From: a virus
Direction: 5' to 3' (one strand)
DNA: 64,000 nucleotides
Virus record (IMG/VR): IMGVR_UViG_3300027983_002388
Positions 1-9,708 of this stretch are shown here, piece by piece. The notes under the pieces were generated by a model. That model did not search any database and was not told the origin of the DNA. It saw only the letters and a program-made list of their open reading frames with translations. The number at the start of each line of letters is the position of its first letter. The stretch's first letter is position 1. Made by a program: the position numbers and the translations under genes.

Positions 1-248
1 AATTCATCCTGGTATCGCCCAGCCATTTTGAAGCTGCGAGAATATTCCGGGGAGTCCCAAGTCGGCTTGCCTTTGTAGGCATTCTTAGGGATATGCACTT
101 TAATTTGCCAATCAGGGTTGTATTGGCGAAAAGAGACGGCGGTGAGATGTCTTAAAAAAGACATATTCTCACCGCCCCAATAAAGGTGCAATACCTTTGG
201 GACTTTATGAAGATGCCACAAGCCGATGGGTCGTTGAGAAAACAACAT
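1..248 (-). CDS. Glycosyltransferase (GT32/OCH1-like), runs off window edge
   Basis: Manual translation MLFSQRPIGLWHLHKVPKVLHLYWGG...SFRQYNPDWQIKVH resembles the IPKxxHxxW...NPDW N-terminus of GT32-type enzymes. Confidence 0.55.
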   Translation of the reverse strand, partial: MLFSQRPIGLWHLHKVPKVLHLYWGGENMSFLRHLTAVSFRQYNPDWQIKVHIPKNAYKGKPTWDSPEYSRSFKMAGRYQDE

Positions 249-820
249 TACTCTTCGTACACTACCTTCCCGAACCAAATGCCTTCTCCATTACGGACAT
301 AGCTGAGAGAGCAGTTTTTTACAAAGTTAATTGTATCTGCGCCGCCGTTTAATCCAACAGCAAATTCGTACATCGTATTAACTGGCGTGCCATGTGAGAT
401 AACCACGAGCTTTTCGTGTTTCAAACTGTCATGGAATGCCTTCATTCGAGCAACAAATTGCTTGTCAGATTCTTGAGTGAAGAACAAGTCGTCGCTGTGA
501 TTCCAAATAAATTCTGGAAATTTCTCTTGGTGATTTTTGACTTCCGCCGCCTGATATTTCATCATGATTTCCCGTGGTCCGGGATTCACAGTGAACTCTA
601 AACCAGTTTCTTCTCGTATTATCCGAGAAGTTTGCAAACATCGCATGTATGGCGACGTAATGCCAACAAAGTTGTTGATGTGACCAAATTGTTCCTTGAG
701 GAATTTACCTGTCGTGCGAGCTTGTTCAATGCCTTTAGGAGTAAGCTCGCTATCCAGATGATCCGTCAAATAAGCGTTGTATTGGCTTTCCCCGTGACGA
801 ACTAAAATCAATTCTTTCAT
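248..820 (-). CDS. Histidine phosphatase (phosphoglycerate mutase-like)
   Basis: LVRHGES, SPYMRCLQT and VISHG motifs; start chosen at MKELIL after GAGG. Confidence 0.9.
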   Translation of the reverse strand: MKELILVRHGESQYNAYLTDHLDSELTPKGIEQARTTGKFLKEQFGHINNFVGITSPYMRCLQTSRIIREETGLEFTVNPGPREIMMKYQAAEVKNHQEKFPEFIWNHSDDLFFTQESDKQFVARMKAFHDSLKHEKLVVISHGTPVNTMYEFAVGLNGGADTINFVKNCSLSYVRNGEGIWFGKVVYEE

Positions 821-1629
821 TCCAACCTCAAAGTTAAGCATTTACAGGCACCACCCGCTTTGATGAATTCGCTCATATCAGTATCGAATACCTCAAAACC
901 CGCACTCACCAAAAGAGCTTTTGTCGCCTCGCATCCGGCTGGAATGACAACTAGATTGCCAATAGCAACAGCATTGCAGGCGAACTTGCGAGCATCCTCT
1001 TCTGGTACTCTGAGTAATTCTAGTCCGGCTTCCAGTGAAGAAACCGTATCTTTGTCAAAAGCTCCAGTCCAAATCAAAGCATAATCATCTTTGAGAGGAC
1101 AAAAACAGGTATCCAAGTGGTAAAAATATGGATCAATCAATTTTAGATATTGAGCGTTTTCTGTCCTGAAAATTCCCCAATGTGAATTGGTGTCATAATC
1201 GCTACGAAATCCATAGCCTAAATAAAGTTTTTTTTCAAAATCACTAGATTCTTCTTTGAATAAAGCATCGCCAGCACCCTCGAAATTAAACTCAGACGAA
1301 AATTGCATAGTCTCAAAGCCGTTGGCCTCGAACCACATTTGATAATGTTTCTTTTCTGCCTGTCGTTCGGGATGTTTGAAATTAGAGAGCATGACTAGAT
1401 TTTGATCTCGAAACACAAGTCCCGCATTTGCGGTAAATACCATGTCTGGAAGTCCAGGTTGTCCTGGCATGGTCATGATAGTAGCACCTAATTGATTTAA
1501 TATATCAATTAGGTCGTGCCATTGGCGAATAGCCAATTCTCGATCCGCTTGATTTTGGATACTCATCCAAGGATTGATTTCATATTCAATTCCATAATAC
1601 GTTGGGTCGCAAACAAGTATTTTGTTCAT
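817..1629 (-). CDS. Amidinotransferase/DDAH-family (arginine dihydrolase-like) enzyme
   Basis: YEINPWM, PDMVFTANAG, FEGAGD, YHLDTCF and GGACKCLTL motifs. Confidence 0.9.
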   Translation of the reverse strand: MNKILVCDPTYYGIEYEINPWMSIQNQADRELAIRQWHDLIDILNQLGATIMTMPGQPGLPDMVFTANAGLVFRDQNLVMLSNFKHPERQAEKKHYQMWFEANGFETMQFSSEFNFEGAGDALFKEESSDFEKKLYLGYGFRSDYDTNSHWGIFRTENAQYLKLIDPYFYHLDTCFCPLKDDYALIWTGAFDKDTVSSLEAGLELLRVPEEDARKFACNAVAIGNLVVIPAGCEATKALLVSAGFEVFDTDMSEFIKAGGACKCLTLRLE

Positions 1630-1910
1630 CCATTGGTGCCTAAAGTTGGTGATGAAGACATGATACGGATGAGATCGCCAAGCGTACCCATCCGGCTTCT
1701 AATTTGTCCAACAACTTGATCTTGGACTTGTTGCCGCAATCCTTTGAACTCGCCGAGTCCATTAAGAATATTGATTAACTGCTCTGGTTCCCATGTGTCA
1801 ATTCCTTGGGATAGACCGTGGGTTCGATCAAGGTTCAGTTTGCCAAGAAGGATATTCTTGTAAAAGTCATAACCTTTATCTTCCATTTCGGCAAGCCAAA
1901 CCTTGAACAT
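1626..1910 (-). CDS. Hypothetical phage protein with FxxWLxE N-terminus
   Basis: ORF in operon, preceded by two TAAATA motifs; begins MFKVWLAE. Confidence 0.7.
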   Translation of the reverse strand: MFKVWLAEMEDKGYDFYKNILLGKLNLDRTHGLSQGIDTWEPEQLINILNGLGEFKGLRQQVQDQVVGQIRSRMGTLGDLIRIMSSSPTLGTNG

Positions 1911-1965
1911 TATTTACCACCTATATTTATTCTAAAGGAGTTGAGTCTATTCCATATATAAAGTC

Positions 1966-2775
1966 ATGAACCGATTACTTTTCAAACAATGGATGTTATC
2001 CGAAATGGCCGATTTCGGATTTGACCAGGACCAACAAGGCCAGCCAAAAGGCGGCACGGAGGAAATGGAAGGAGACAGTCCGTTCAAAAATTTAGACGGT
2101 AGCAAAATCATTACAGAACTGGCTAGTTTTCCAGCTTTAGGCCCAAATCAACCGCTTCGACGCTGGAACGATGTGGTCGAGTGGGGGAGTGGCCCAGGGG
2201 CAATTCAAGTTGGCGTGACTCCATTGGGATCAATGAGAGTCGTAATTCGCAGAATGACCAAAGACCTTTGCGGAGAGAATACCTGGATATGCACCAAGGT
2301 CATTCCTCTGAGTGACAATGCCGCCGAGAGCAAAGAAACATCTATAGCTCATGATGTGTACGACATGATAACGGAATCATCCAATGAAATGATTCCTGGT
2401 CCCGCTAAAGAGTTCGACGAACTAGAACGATTGTCTTGGAAGCTGTGGGCGGCAACAAAGCGAGATCATCCTTCATATTGCATGTTCCCTATCGGGATGC
2501 GTCAGCAAAATGAGAACTACTACAAGCTCGTGTTCGAGTTTCGTGGACACGGAGTTCAAAAAATCGGTAGTGGTGCCCGTGCCGAACAATTCAATATCGA
2601 CATGGTATGGGAACCAAAACGTGGTTTGATTCGTTGCTTGGGATATGATATTGATTCAAGTCTAGGACAACACTCCTGGAAAGTTCAGCCATCTGAATTC
2701 AACGAATATTTTTCGCCCCAACAAAAACATGAAACTATCATTGCCAGCATAGTTCAGACTTTCTTGCAGTATTGA
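1966..2775 (+). CDS. Hypothetical phage protein, possibly virion-associated
   Basis: 269 aa ORF beginning LFKQWMLSE; TATATA just upstream. Confidence 0.75.
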   Translation: MNRLLFKQWMLSEMADFGFDQDQQGQPKGGTEEMEGDSPFKNLDGSKIITELASFPALGPNQPLRRWNDVVEWGSGPGAIQVGVTPLGSMRVVIRRMTKDLCGENTWICTKVIPLSDNAAESKETSIAHDVYDMITESSNEMIPGPAKEFDELERLSWKLWAATKRDHPSYCMFPIGMRQQNENYYKLVFEFRGHGVQKIGSGARAEQFNIDMVWEPKRGLIRCLGYDIDSSLGQHSWKVQPSEFNEYFSPQQKHETIIASIVQTFLQY

Positions 2776-2829
2776 CCAACCTATAATAAAACGATAGTTG
2801 ATCTAATCATTTACTTTACAGAGGATATT

Positions 2830-3387
2830 ATGGACGCAAAAAAAGTCTTGGTTGCTGTGTTACTTCTCGTTGGAGCCGGTGCCTTGTATGTCAAATTCGG
2901 CAAACACATTGTTGCGCCAGTCAAACCACCAGTAGAGATGAATGATCCCATCATTACTCCACCAGTTGCGCCGCCTGTAGTGCCAGACGTGGCGAAGCCA
3001 CCTATTATACCTGAAATACCTGAAATATCTGAAATACTGGCCAGCTTCAGCAATTATCAAGAAGCCATAGCAGCAGCAAAAAAGCACAACCGACCATTGT
3101 TCTTGTATTTTGGTGCCGAGTGGTGTGGCTGGTGCAAGAAGATGAAAGAAACACTTTCCAGTCCAGAAGTCAAAGACAAGCTAGGCAAGGAATATGTCAC
3201 TTGCCTCATTGACACCGACAAAGATCGTGCAACCGCCAGAAAATACAAAGTCTCAGGCATCCCGGCCTATATGGTCGTAGATGGCTCTGAGACTGTTGTG
3301 ATTCGAGATTCTGGGTTTAAGAGCAAAGACGACATGCTGGTTTGGTTGCGACCAAAGAATGTATCTTTGCTTGAGCTTAAAGACTAA
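2830..3387 (+). CDS. Membrane-anchored thioredoxin-family protein
   Basis: Hydrophobic N-terminus, Pro-rich linker, WCGWC active site, GIP cis-Pro motif. Confidence 0.9.
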   Translation: MDAKKVLVAVLLLVGAGALYVKFGKHIVAPVKPPVEMNDPIITPPVAPPVVPDVAKPPIIPEIPEISEILASFSNYQEAIAAAKKHNRPLFLYFGAEWCGWCKKMKETLSSPEVKDKLGKEYVTCLIDTDKDRATARKYKVSGIPAYMVVDGSETVVIRDSGFKSKDDMLVWLRPKNVSLLELKD

Positions 3388-3725
3388 GCTGCTTTATTTT
3401 CTTGTAGTTTTTCGTACAACACTTCCTCGGTGGCCTCTAAAAGATCATCGAGACGATTTCGTGTATAGAACTTGCCTTTAATGCCACGAGTGTTGTAGAC
3501 CTTATATCCAAGTTCAGTCAATGTGCCGAACACCTTCTCATGGGAGGGGTCCGGCATTTTTTCATTCAACCCCAAGGCGATTGCCAAGGGACAAAACTTG
3601 CCGTCTTCGTAGTTGTAAGTATCCAGGACCATTGGATCGGGATGCAGAAACACTCGCAGCAATTCCTCTACGTTCAATTGACGCAGGCCATTCTTGAGTC
3701 CAGTCTTGCGAGCATCTTCACACAT
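3384..3725 (-). CDS. Hypothetical protein
   Basis: 113 aa ORF with RBS (AAGGA), in operon. Confidence 0.65.
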   Translation of the reverse strand: MCEDARKTGLKNGLRQLNVEELLRVFLHPDPMVLDTYNYEDGKFCPLAIALGLNEKMPDPSHEKVFGTLTELGYKVYNTRGIKGKFYTRNRLDDLLEATEEVLYEKLQENKAA

Positions 3726-3734
3726 TTCATTTCC

Positions 3735-4304
3735 TTACTGGAGATAACTAAGGTCAATTTCAGGAGTGGGCTTTGGCTTGATTAAAATCCATTTATCATG
3801 CAATTCAAAAAAATAACCTTGACCAACACATGGATCAAAAAAAGGTTCTTTTTCCCCATTTCTGTTTCTAGGTCGGCATATTATTATCCTAGATTTCAAA
3901 ACAATCGCACGCTTGATGATAAAGGCTCTTTTGAAATCACCACCAATCATCATATGATGAGTAACCATTTCCCTAGTGGCAGAGCCTCTTTTGCGATATG
4001 GGAAGTGGGCCGTTGAATAAGGAAAAGGGAACGCTTTTTCAAGCCATCCCATTTTTTGGTTTGGATGATCTTCAAACCAAACGGTTCCCCAATCTTCCTT
4101 GACTTCTACTTCAACGATTATCCTTTTTCCATCTTTCCACGCTTCTAAATCAAATATGTTAACAAACCCATTTAGCCATTCTTTGTTTTCTTTAATGTTA
4201 GTATAACCCATTCGCTCCAACAATTGAATGGCAGCTAGTTTACCGGGTCTATCATATTTATCGTTTACTATTTGTTCAAACGGCTTGTCGTTAGCTTGTG
4301 TCAT
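3735..4304 (-). CDS. PD-(D/E)XK nuclease-like protein
   Basis: LLERMGY...FDLEAWKDGKRIIVEVEVK restriction-endonuclease-like core; AT-rich. Confidence 0.55.
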   Translation of the reverse strand: MTQANDKPFEQIVNDKYDRPGKLAAIQLLERMGYTNIKENKEWLNGFVNIFDLEAWKDGKRIIVEVEVKEDWGTVWFEDHPNQKMGWLEKAFPFPYSTAHFPYRKRGSATREMVTHHMMIGGDFKRAFIIKRAIVLKSRIIICRPRNRNGEKEPFFDPCVGQGYFFELHDKWILIKPKPTPEIDLSYLQ

Positions 4305-4308
4305 TCGA

Positions 4309-5076
4309 TCACCCCATCAAAATGGATTTTGCAGAAAGCAGTCTTGGAGTAGTGCAATATGTTCTTGGAGTATTTGTAACTCCAAAAGCCGCCAATGTTT
4401 CTTGATGTTCATCCCAAGGTGTTTTGCCGTTTGAAAAAACACTAGAAATAGAAACACACGGTCTGGTGTGTTCAACGCTCAGTGAGTTGATGACGCCCAC
4501 ATTGGACTTCTTGCTATTACTAACGATCATTGGCCAAACGAAATCTAAGCCCCATGCAGAATAAGACAAAGAAAATGTCCATAGACATGACATCATTGCT
4601 TTACGAGAAAATATTGGACACATTGGCTCAATCAAATTCATGTGTCTAATCAATATGTTTCTATTTTCAATCGGAGCTAAAGACGGATGGTTGAGATGGC
4701 CGGTAATGGAAGGTTGACATAAATCCAAATCATATAACTTGGCCATAGCAAACAACTTGTTGATGTCTTCCACTCTGATCTTCAAGTCGGGATCAGGACA
4801 CATCACATAGTTATATTTGCCAATAACTTTGAATTGTTCGCTGTAGAGCTTCACCAATGTGCGAAACTTATGTTCTTTGATTTGAAAGTAAAACTCTGGA
4901 TTCCTATCTTGGAAGAATCCAGAGTCGCCCCAATTGTTCACCAGGATGTCGTAATTTCTGCCCTCGCCGAACCAAAGATCGGCGAGGTCACAATTGGTTC
5001 TGCTAAGAGGCAAGTAGACCAAACAATTATTCAAAGTCAGCCTCTTGAATTTGAATAATGATTTCCATGACATCAT
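4309..5076 (-). CDS. DUF707-like glycosyltransferase
   Basis: DPDL, LDLCQPS, IEPMCPIFSR and WGLDFVW motifs. Confidence 0.7.
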   Translation of the reverse strand: MMSWKSLFKFKRLTLNNCLVYLPLSRTNCDLADLWFGEGRNYDILVNNWGDSGFFQDRNPEFYFQIKEHKFRTLVKLYSEQFKVIGKYNYVMCPDPDLKIRVEDINKLFAMAKLYDLDLCQPSITGHLNHPSLAPIENRNILIRHMNLIEPMCPIFSRKAMMSCLWTFSLSYSAWGLDFVWPMIVSNSKKSNVGVINSLSVEHTRPCVSISSVFSNGKTPWDEHQETLAAFGVTNTPRTYCTTPRLLSAKSILMG

Positions 5077-5281
5077 TCATCTCATCAGGGGTCATCTCAA
5101 TTCCACTCTCGGCGGCATGAAGTCTTAAATCAAACTTTTCCTTATTTGACATAAGACCAACGGGCTTGCGATTGAGATTTCTCTTCAAACTGCGTAGTCT
5201 TTTAAGAATGCCGAGAGCCTGCTTGGGCGTATATTCTTTGCCCAATTCAGCCAACCTATTGCGAAGTTCATTCTCGTTCAT
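5027..5281 (-). CDS. Hypothetical protein
   Basis: 84 aa ORF coupled to the upstream gene. Confidence 0.6.
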   Translation of the reverse strand: MNENELRNRLAELGKEYTPKQALGILKRLRSLKRNLNRKPVGLMSNKEKFDLRLHAAESGIEMTPDEMNDVMEIIIQIQEADFE

Positions 5282-6018
5282 TGGACTTCCTCGAACTCGT
5301 GTGGGAACATATCTCTAAATGTACGGACAACTAAGTCCGTAATGCACGGTTTATAGAGATCAGGATCGAAATTCATTCTTTTATAATCTTCCGGCTTCAG
5401 AATTGCCGCAATATGCGGCGACATCGCAATATAGTACGGACTGATTTTGCCGAAATTAACCCAGCGAAAGATGTTGTTGTTGATGTAGGACTCCCGGTAC
5501 TTTTCAAGACTTGGACTGGCACCAAAAGTTTTGGCAAAGAACTCTTTGGTTCGCTCAAGTCCTTCGATGGCTTTGATAACGCCGGGACCAATAGGCTGGG
5601 ATATTTCGGACGGTTTCGCAGAGATGGCATCATATTTTCTTTTCCATAGTTTCCACCGCTTCCAGGCTTTTTCTCCCACCAAACAATTGGTATCGATGAG
5701 AGGATGACCTTTGCCGGTATTGATGTGTCGGAGAACATCAAGCTGCGCCCGGACATAAAAGGGATATTCTTTTTCTTCGAGTACGCCCTGTGTTTCACGA
5801 GCCAGCTTGTAGCAGACTTTGAATATCAGGGACTTCCGAGGATCGCCCTGCTTCATGGTCGTATGCTGATATTCAGGGAATACTTTACGACTTCTATCGA
5901 GCCAGAGCAAGCACAATTTATATGCTTTCGCCTCAAGTTCATCCATTTCGTAGTCAACAATTGCATCGAGACGCATATCTTTGATCTCCGGGAGTTCTTC
6001 TTTTTTGTTTTCAGTCAT
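5278..6018 (-). CDS. Hypothetical phage protein
   Basis: 246 aa ORF with GAGG RBS. Confidence 0.75.
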   Translation of the reverse strand: MTENKKEELPEIKDMRLDAIVDYEMDELEAKAYKLCLLWLDRSRKVFPEYQHTTMKQGDPRKSLIFKVCYKLARETQGVLEEKEYPFYVRAQLDVLRHINTGKGHPLIDTNCLVGEKAWKRWKLWKRKYDAISAKPSEISQPIGPGVIKAIEGLERTKEFFAKTFGASPSLEKYRESYINNNIFRWVNFGKISPYYIAMSPHIAAILKPEDYKRMNFDPDLYKPCITDLVVRTFRDMFPHEFEEVQ

Positions 6019-6069
6019 TTTACCTCACATCTAAATGGTAGCCAAGCCCAATATATAAATCCATGAACT

Positions 6070-7032
6070 TCAGAGAATGGCTCTCACAATAGCAGAATAA
6101 TCAGTTTGATCCTGACCTTCTGTGCCATTCCAAGTTTCATTGATTTTTCTATCACCCTTTGCATTCTGCGACACATTTTTGTCGATCCAATATTTGCTCT
6201 CAACTGCCGAGAGATGCTTAATATTCATGCCCATTTGCGGAGCAAAATCAGCAGGCAACTCTGGCGTGAAACAAATCGTAGACCACAATGAAGGAGGAAT
6301 TGCCAATACGACAATATCAGCTTCGTGGATCGAACCATGAGCATCAACAACAACGACGGATGGCTCGGTGATGATGTGAACTACGGGGCAATTCAAGATC
6401 AATCGAGTGCCTAATTTTTGAGCAAACTTCAAAGCGAATTGCTGATTGCCGCCCTTTGTGCGATAGCTCTCTGTATCGGCCCAAAATTTATCGAAACCAC
6501 CGCCTCTGACGAGTACGATATTGCCCAACAAACTTTGTTTATCGGTAGAGACGCCGTTGTCACTTGACACTTGAATATCAAACAAATATTTGGCAATAGA
6601 CGAAGCATCTTGAGTGTGAATCCACTCTCGCATGGATATATTGTCCAAATATTCAGCTTGTGGCGACAGCCAAGGTTGATTTACGTCTATGTTTTCAGCC
6701 AATACCGATAATGCAATTTGCATTTTGAATATTTCTGATTTGATATTTTCGTATTCACCTTGCGTCAACTTTTGATTTTGCAAAATGATCGGCGTTTCCG
6801 CTTCACTATCTTCGGCAAGGAGAAACTCCAAACCAAATTCACGAGCGTATTCGATCAAGCAATGGTGATGAGAGCCAATAAGCTCTCCACCGAATTCGAC
6901 GTTCATGCCAGAGATGAAATCGTCTCGACTGTATACTCGGCCACCAACTCGATTACGAGCTTCCAAGATTTCGACAGTGTGACCAGCGGTCATAAGCTCG
7001 TATGCACAAGCAAGACCGGAGAATCCTTCCAT
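6070..7032 (-). pseudogene. Truncated flavin monoamine oxidase-family gene
   Basis: GFSGLACAYEL, LEARNRVGGR and EFGGELIG motifs; first strand of the GxGxxG fold is missing and the ORF stops before the C-terminal FAD-binding segment. Confidence 0.7.
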
Positions 7033-7099
7033 AGTAAAAAAATAACACTACCGTATTTATGCGCAACAACCAAACTATAACAAAAAACAACGATGCGAA

Positions 7100-7660
7100 T
7101 GAATGGAAGCGGTAAAAATACACGAAATCAGGCTTGATCTGCATGAGCTTCAGGTCTAGGATATTCACGTTCGGTGAAATAAGCGTGTCCAAATAACCGA
7201 ACATAAAACCTAAAAAGGCATACAGGTAATCGCTGTCGAGGGTAAAACTTCTTCAGATTTCGGAAAGCCTTAGACACTACAGCCCCAATACCCCAGATTG
7301 GTTCGAGGGCCTGATTTACTGGATAGGGTTTCTTCCTCAACAGAGGTCTTAGGTGGCAATGGGCCGACGTGTAGCGGCTAATCGGAGAGCAATCTCCGAG
7401 GATTGAAAAGAGCTAGGATTCAACACCCACCAACGGCGTGCCTCGTCGCTCAGATAAATCGAGGCTGGGATAAATCACAAAGAAACCGATATAATCCGCT
7501 GAACCTATATTACGCCTACCCGGAAGGGTGAGTGTAAATCAGAAAGAGCTTAGAGCTAACTTATTGTTGGGATTACAGCCGACTTTTCGGCTATTGTATA
7601 AGTGACTAATTTCAGTTACTTCTACAATAGATAATCCCAATAATAAGAAGGCTCTTTTTG
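7100..7660 (+). ncRNA. Candidate large structured non-coding RNA (~550 nt)
   Basis: No credible ORF; nested long-range stems (7125-7133/7309-7317, 7327-7334/7480-7487, 7560-7575/7632-7647), GCAA and GGAA tetraloop hairpins, G-U pairs favour + strand, U-run at 3' end. Confidence 0.65.
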
Positions 7661-7728
7661 TATTATAAACTAATTTACAAGAAGCGCTTGTTGTACAACA
7701 AACAAAGAGGCAACGTGACAGAACAGTC

Positions 7729-7757
7729 TTGCAATCAAAGGGTTTGCGTCTTATACT
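7729..7757 (+). promoter_or_regulatory. Sigma70-type promoter
   Basis: TTGCAA-17 nt-TATACT upstream of the PolA-like gene. Confidence 0.65.
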
Positions 7758-7818
7758 TAAAATGAAATGTGCCTCCCGTTGGCACGCACGCACGCACTAA
7801 ACCGCATGATTGAGGCAC

Positions 7819-9129
7819 ATGGATCACTCTCAACTGGCAAAGGCTCTATCAGATTCGATGGGGCCAAATGTGTATATCTGTTGTAAGCCGGAAGTTCTTG
7901 ACTTCACGGATCGGGTAGTTGTTCCTGAACTGCAAATATTCAGCCAGAGTGGGCTAGTCACGATTATGCTCACGGATGAAATATTGCCGATGCTTTTGCC
8001 TATGCTTCGATTGAGCGTATTTGGCAAGGGCAACAAGATTGTCACTTGGAATTGGAAGAACTTTGTAAGTTTCGTTCTGGCCAAGACTGGCAAGTCGTAT
8101 TCCATTGATGGGGCTATTATCGACTTGAAGATAATCGAAACTTATTGTGGGCGCAAGTTCAAAGCTCCCAAAACACTGATCGAGGCCATGAACAGGTTGA
8201 AAGATTTAATCACCACAGGTATGTGGAAAGAGGTTGAGTCTGTATATCGCAAGGTTCATATTCCCCTCATCACCACGGTTATCCCGCATCTTGAAACCAC
8301 AGGTATTCTCAACACTCAGTTGGGCAATAAGGTTTATGCCTATTACGAGATCAATGGCCAGGAGAATGGCCGTCTGAAGTGTTCTGGCGAGTATCAGCAG
8401 GGCTATGTGCCGCACGCCATGAAGCCAGAAACGAGGCAAATTCTAAAGCCTCGCACAGCCGATGAGTTGTTCATGGTCTTTGACTACAAGGGCATGGAAG
8501 TCTTCATGTTGGCTTGGATGAGCCAAGACCCGCTCTTGATGGAGCTTTGTCGTGAACCGGATGTTTATTTTGCCTTGTTCGAGAAGATTACCGGCAAAAA
8601 GTGCGAAGGAAAAAATGATCGTGAAATGGCGAAAAAATTCTTTCTGCCGGTTATATATGGACAGTCGGCTTATTCATTAAGTCAACGCTGCGGTGTCGCT
8701 TTAGATCTCGCAGAGATTATTACAGAACGCATTGACGCTTTGTTTCCGGCTGCTTTGGCCTTCATCGAGGGTTATCAGAAGCAGCTTCAAGAACTCGGAT
8801 ATGCCAAAGACATATTTGGCAAACGCCGCTCTAGCTTCGAGGAAGGCAAAGAATATTCTGTCAGAAATTTTGCAGTTCAGTCACCAGCATCCGTTGTGTG
8901 CCTGGAAAAGTTAGCCCACCTATATTTCGCCCTCAAAGATAAAACCGATCTCGCCTACACCGTCCATGACGGTTACGCTGTGTATGCAACGAAGGAGAAC
9001 TGGAAGACCATATACAAAATTGGTCGTGATGTTCTTACTGGCGATTCCGATTTTTGTCCCGGTTTACGACTTAGAGTAACTTGTCGTGCCGGTCGCAATC
9101 TTGATGACCTGAAGTTACTCCGCACCTAG
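7819..9129 (+). CDS. Family A DNA polymerase-like protein (polymerase domain, degenerate N-terminus)
   Basis: ENGRL, motif A DYKGME, motif B REMAKKFFLPVIYG, GYAKDIFGKRR, NFAVQS, motif C TVHDG. Confidence 0.85.
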   Translation: MDHSQLAKALSDSMGPNVYICCKPEVLDFTDRVVVPELQIFSQSGLVTIMLTDEILPMLLPMLRLSVFGKGNKIVTWNWKNFVSFVLAKTGKSYSIDGAIIDLKIIETYCGRKFKAPKTLIEAMNRLKDLITTGMWKEVESVYRKVHIPLITTVIPHLETTGILNTQLGNKVYAYYEINGQENGRLKCSGEYQQGYVPHAMKPETRQILKPRTADELFMVFDYKGMEVFMLAWMSQDPLLMELCREPDVYFALFEKITGKKCEGKNDREMAKKFFLPVIYGQSAYSLSQRCGVALDLAEIITERIDALFPAALAFIEGYQKQLQELGYAKDIFGKRRSSFEEGKEYSVRNFAVQSPASVVCLEKLAHLYFALKDKTDLAYTVHDGYAVYATKENWKTIYKIGRDVLTGDSDFCPGLRLRVTCRAGRNLDDLKLLRT

Positions 9130-9136
9130 AGGACCA

Positions 9137-9694
9137 ATGTTAGACATTTGCATAAATTACAGTATCAACGAAGAAGAGTACCTAGAGCTTGAACATCGTT
9201 TCGGTCGTCTCTGTTGGCACGCCGCTCACGAACTCAAGAAAAAGAACTCTCGCAACAACTACACCGATGATCCCGAAGATATTAAGCAAGAACTCCAGAT
9301 GTCTATGCTTCGGGCCGGTAGCTATTACAAGCGACAGATATACATTGAAAAATGTCTTGCCGTTACAAAAAAATATGCTACTGACCCTCTCATGCAACAT
9401 ATCATAGAAGAGTTAGAGAGCTTATGGGCGAACCGAACTCGACATGGCGCAAATCGCCAAAAGTTTGGGACGTTTCAAGAGCAGCTACTCCAAAAAATCG
9501 TTCGGGAGATTGTCCCGAAGGATGAGCGGCCCAATAAGAAAGAAAACTTGAAGATCGACGCCAAGTTTGCTACTTATTGCAAAGCTATTGTTTGGAATGG
9601 CCAGAAAAGCATGGGCAAAAAGATAACCAGAGAGAAAGCAATCCGATCTGGCCAAGTAAGCCTTTCCGAATTCGATTACTTGGGTACGGTTTGA
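9137..9694 (+). CDS. Sigma70 region-2 / T4 gp55-like sigma factor candidate
   Basis: FGRLCWHAAHELKKK..NYT..EDIKQELQMSMLRA and KFATYCKAIVWN resemble sigma regions 2.1-2.2 and 2.3-2.4. Confidence 0.5.
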   Translation: MLDICINYSINEEEYLELEHRFGRLCWHAAHELKKKNSRNNYTDDPEDIKQELQMSMLRAGSYYKRQIYIEKCLAVTKKYATDPLMQHIIEELESLWANRTRHGANRQKFGTFQEQLLQKIVREIVPKDERPNKKENLKIDAKFATYCKAIVWNGQKSMGKKITREKAIRSGQVSLSEFDYLGTV

Positions 9695-9708
9695 TCGGTT
9701 TCTAATAT

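Noticed and set aside
7100..7660. Group I/II intron, RNase P RNA or tmRNA
   Set aside because: GATATAATCC resembles a group I S element, but no matching R/P/Q elements, interrupted gene, group II domain V, RNase P or tmRNA signatures were found by eye
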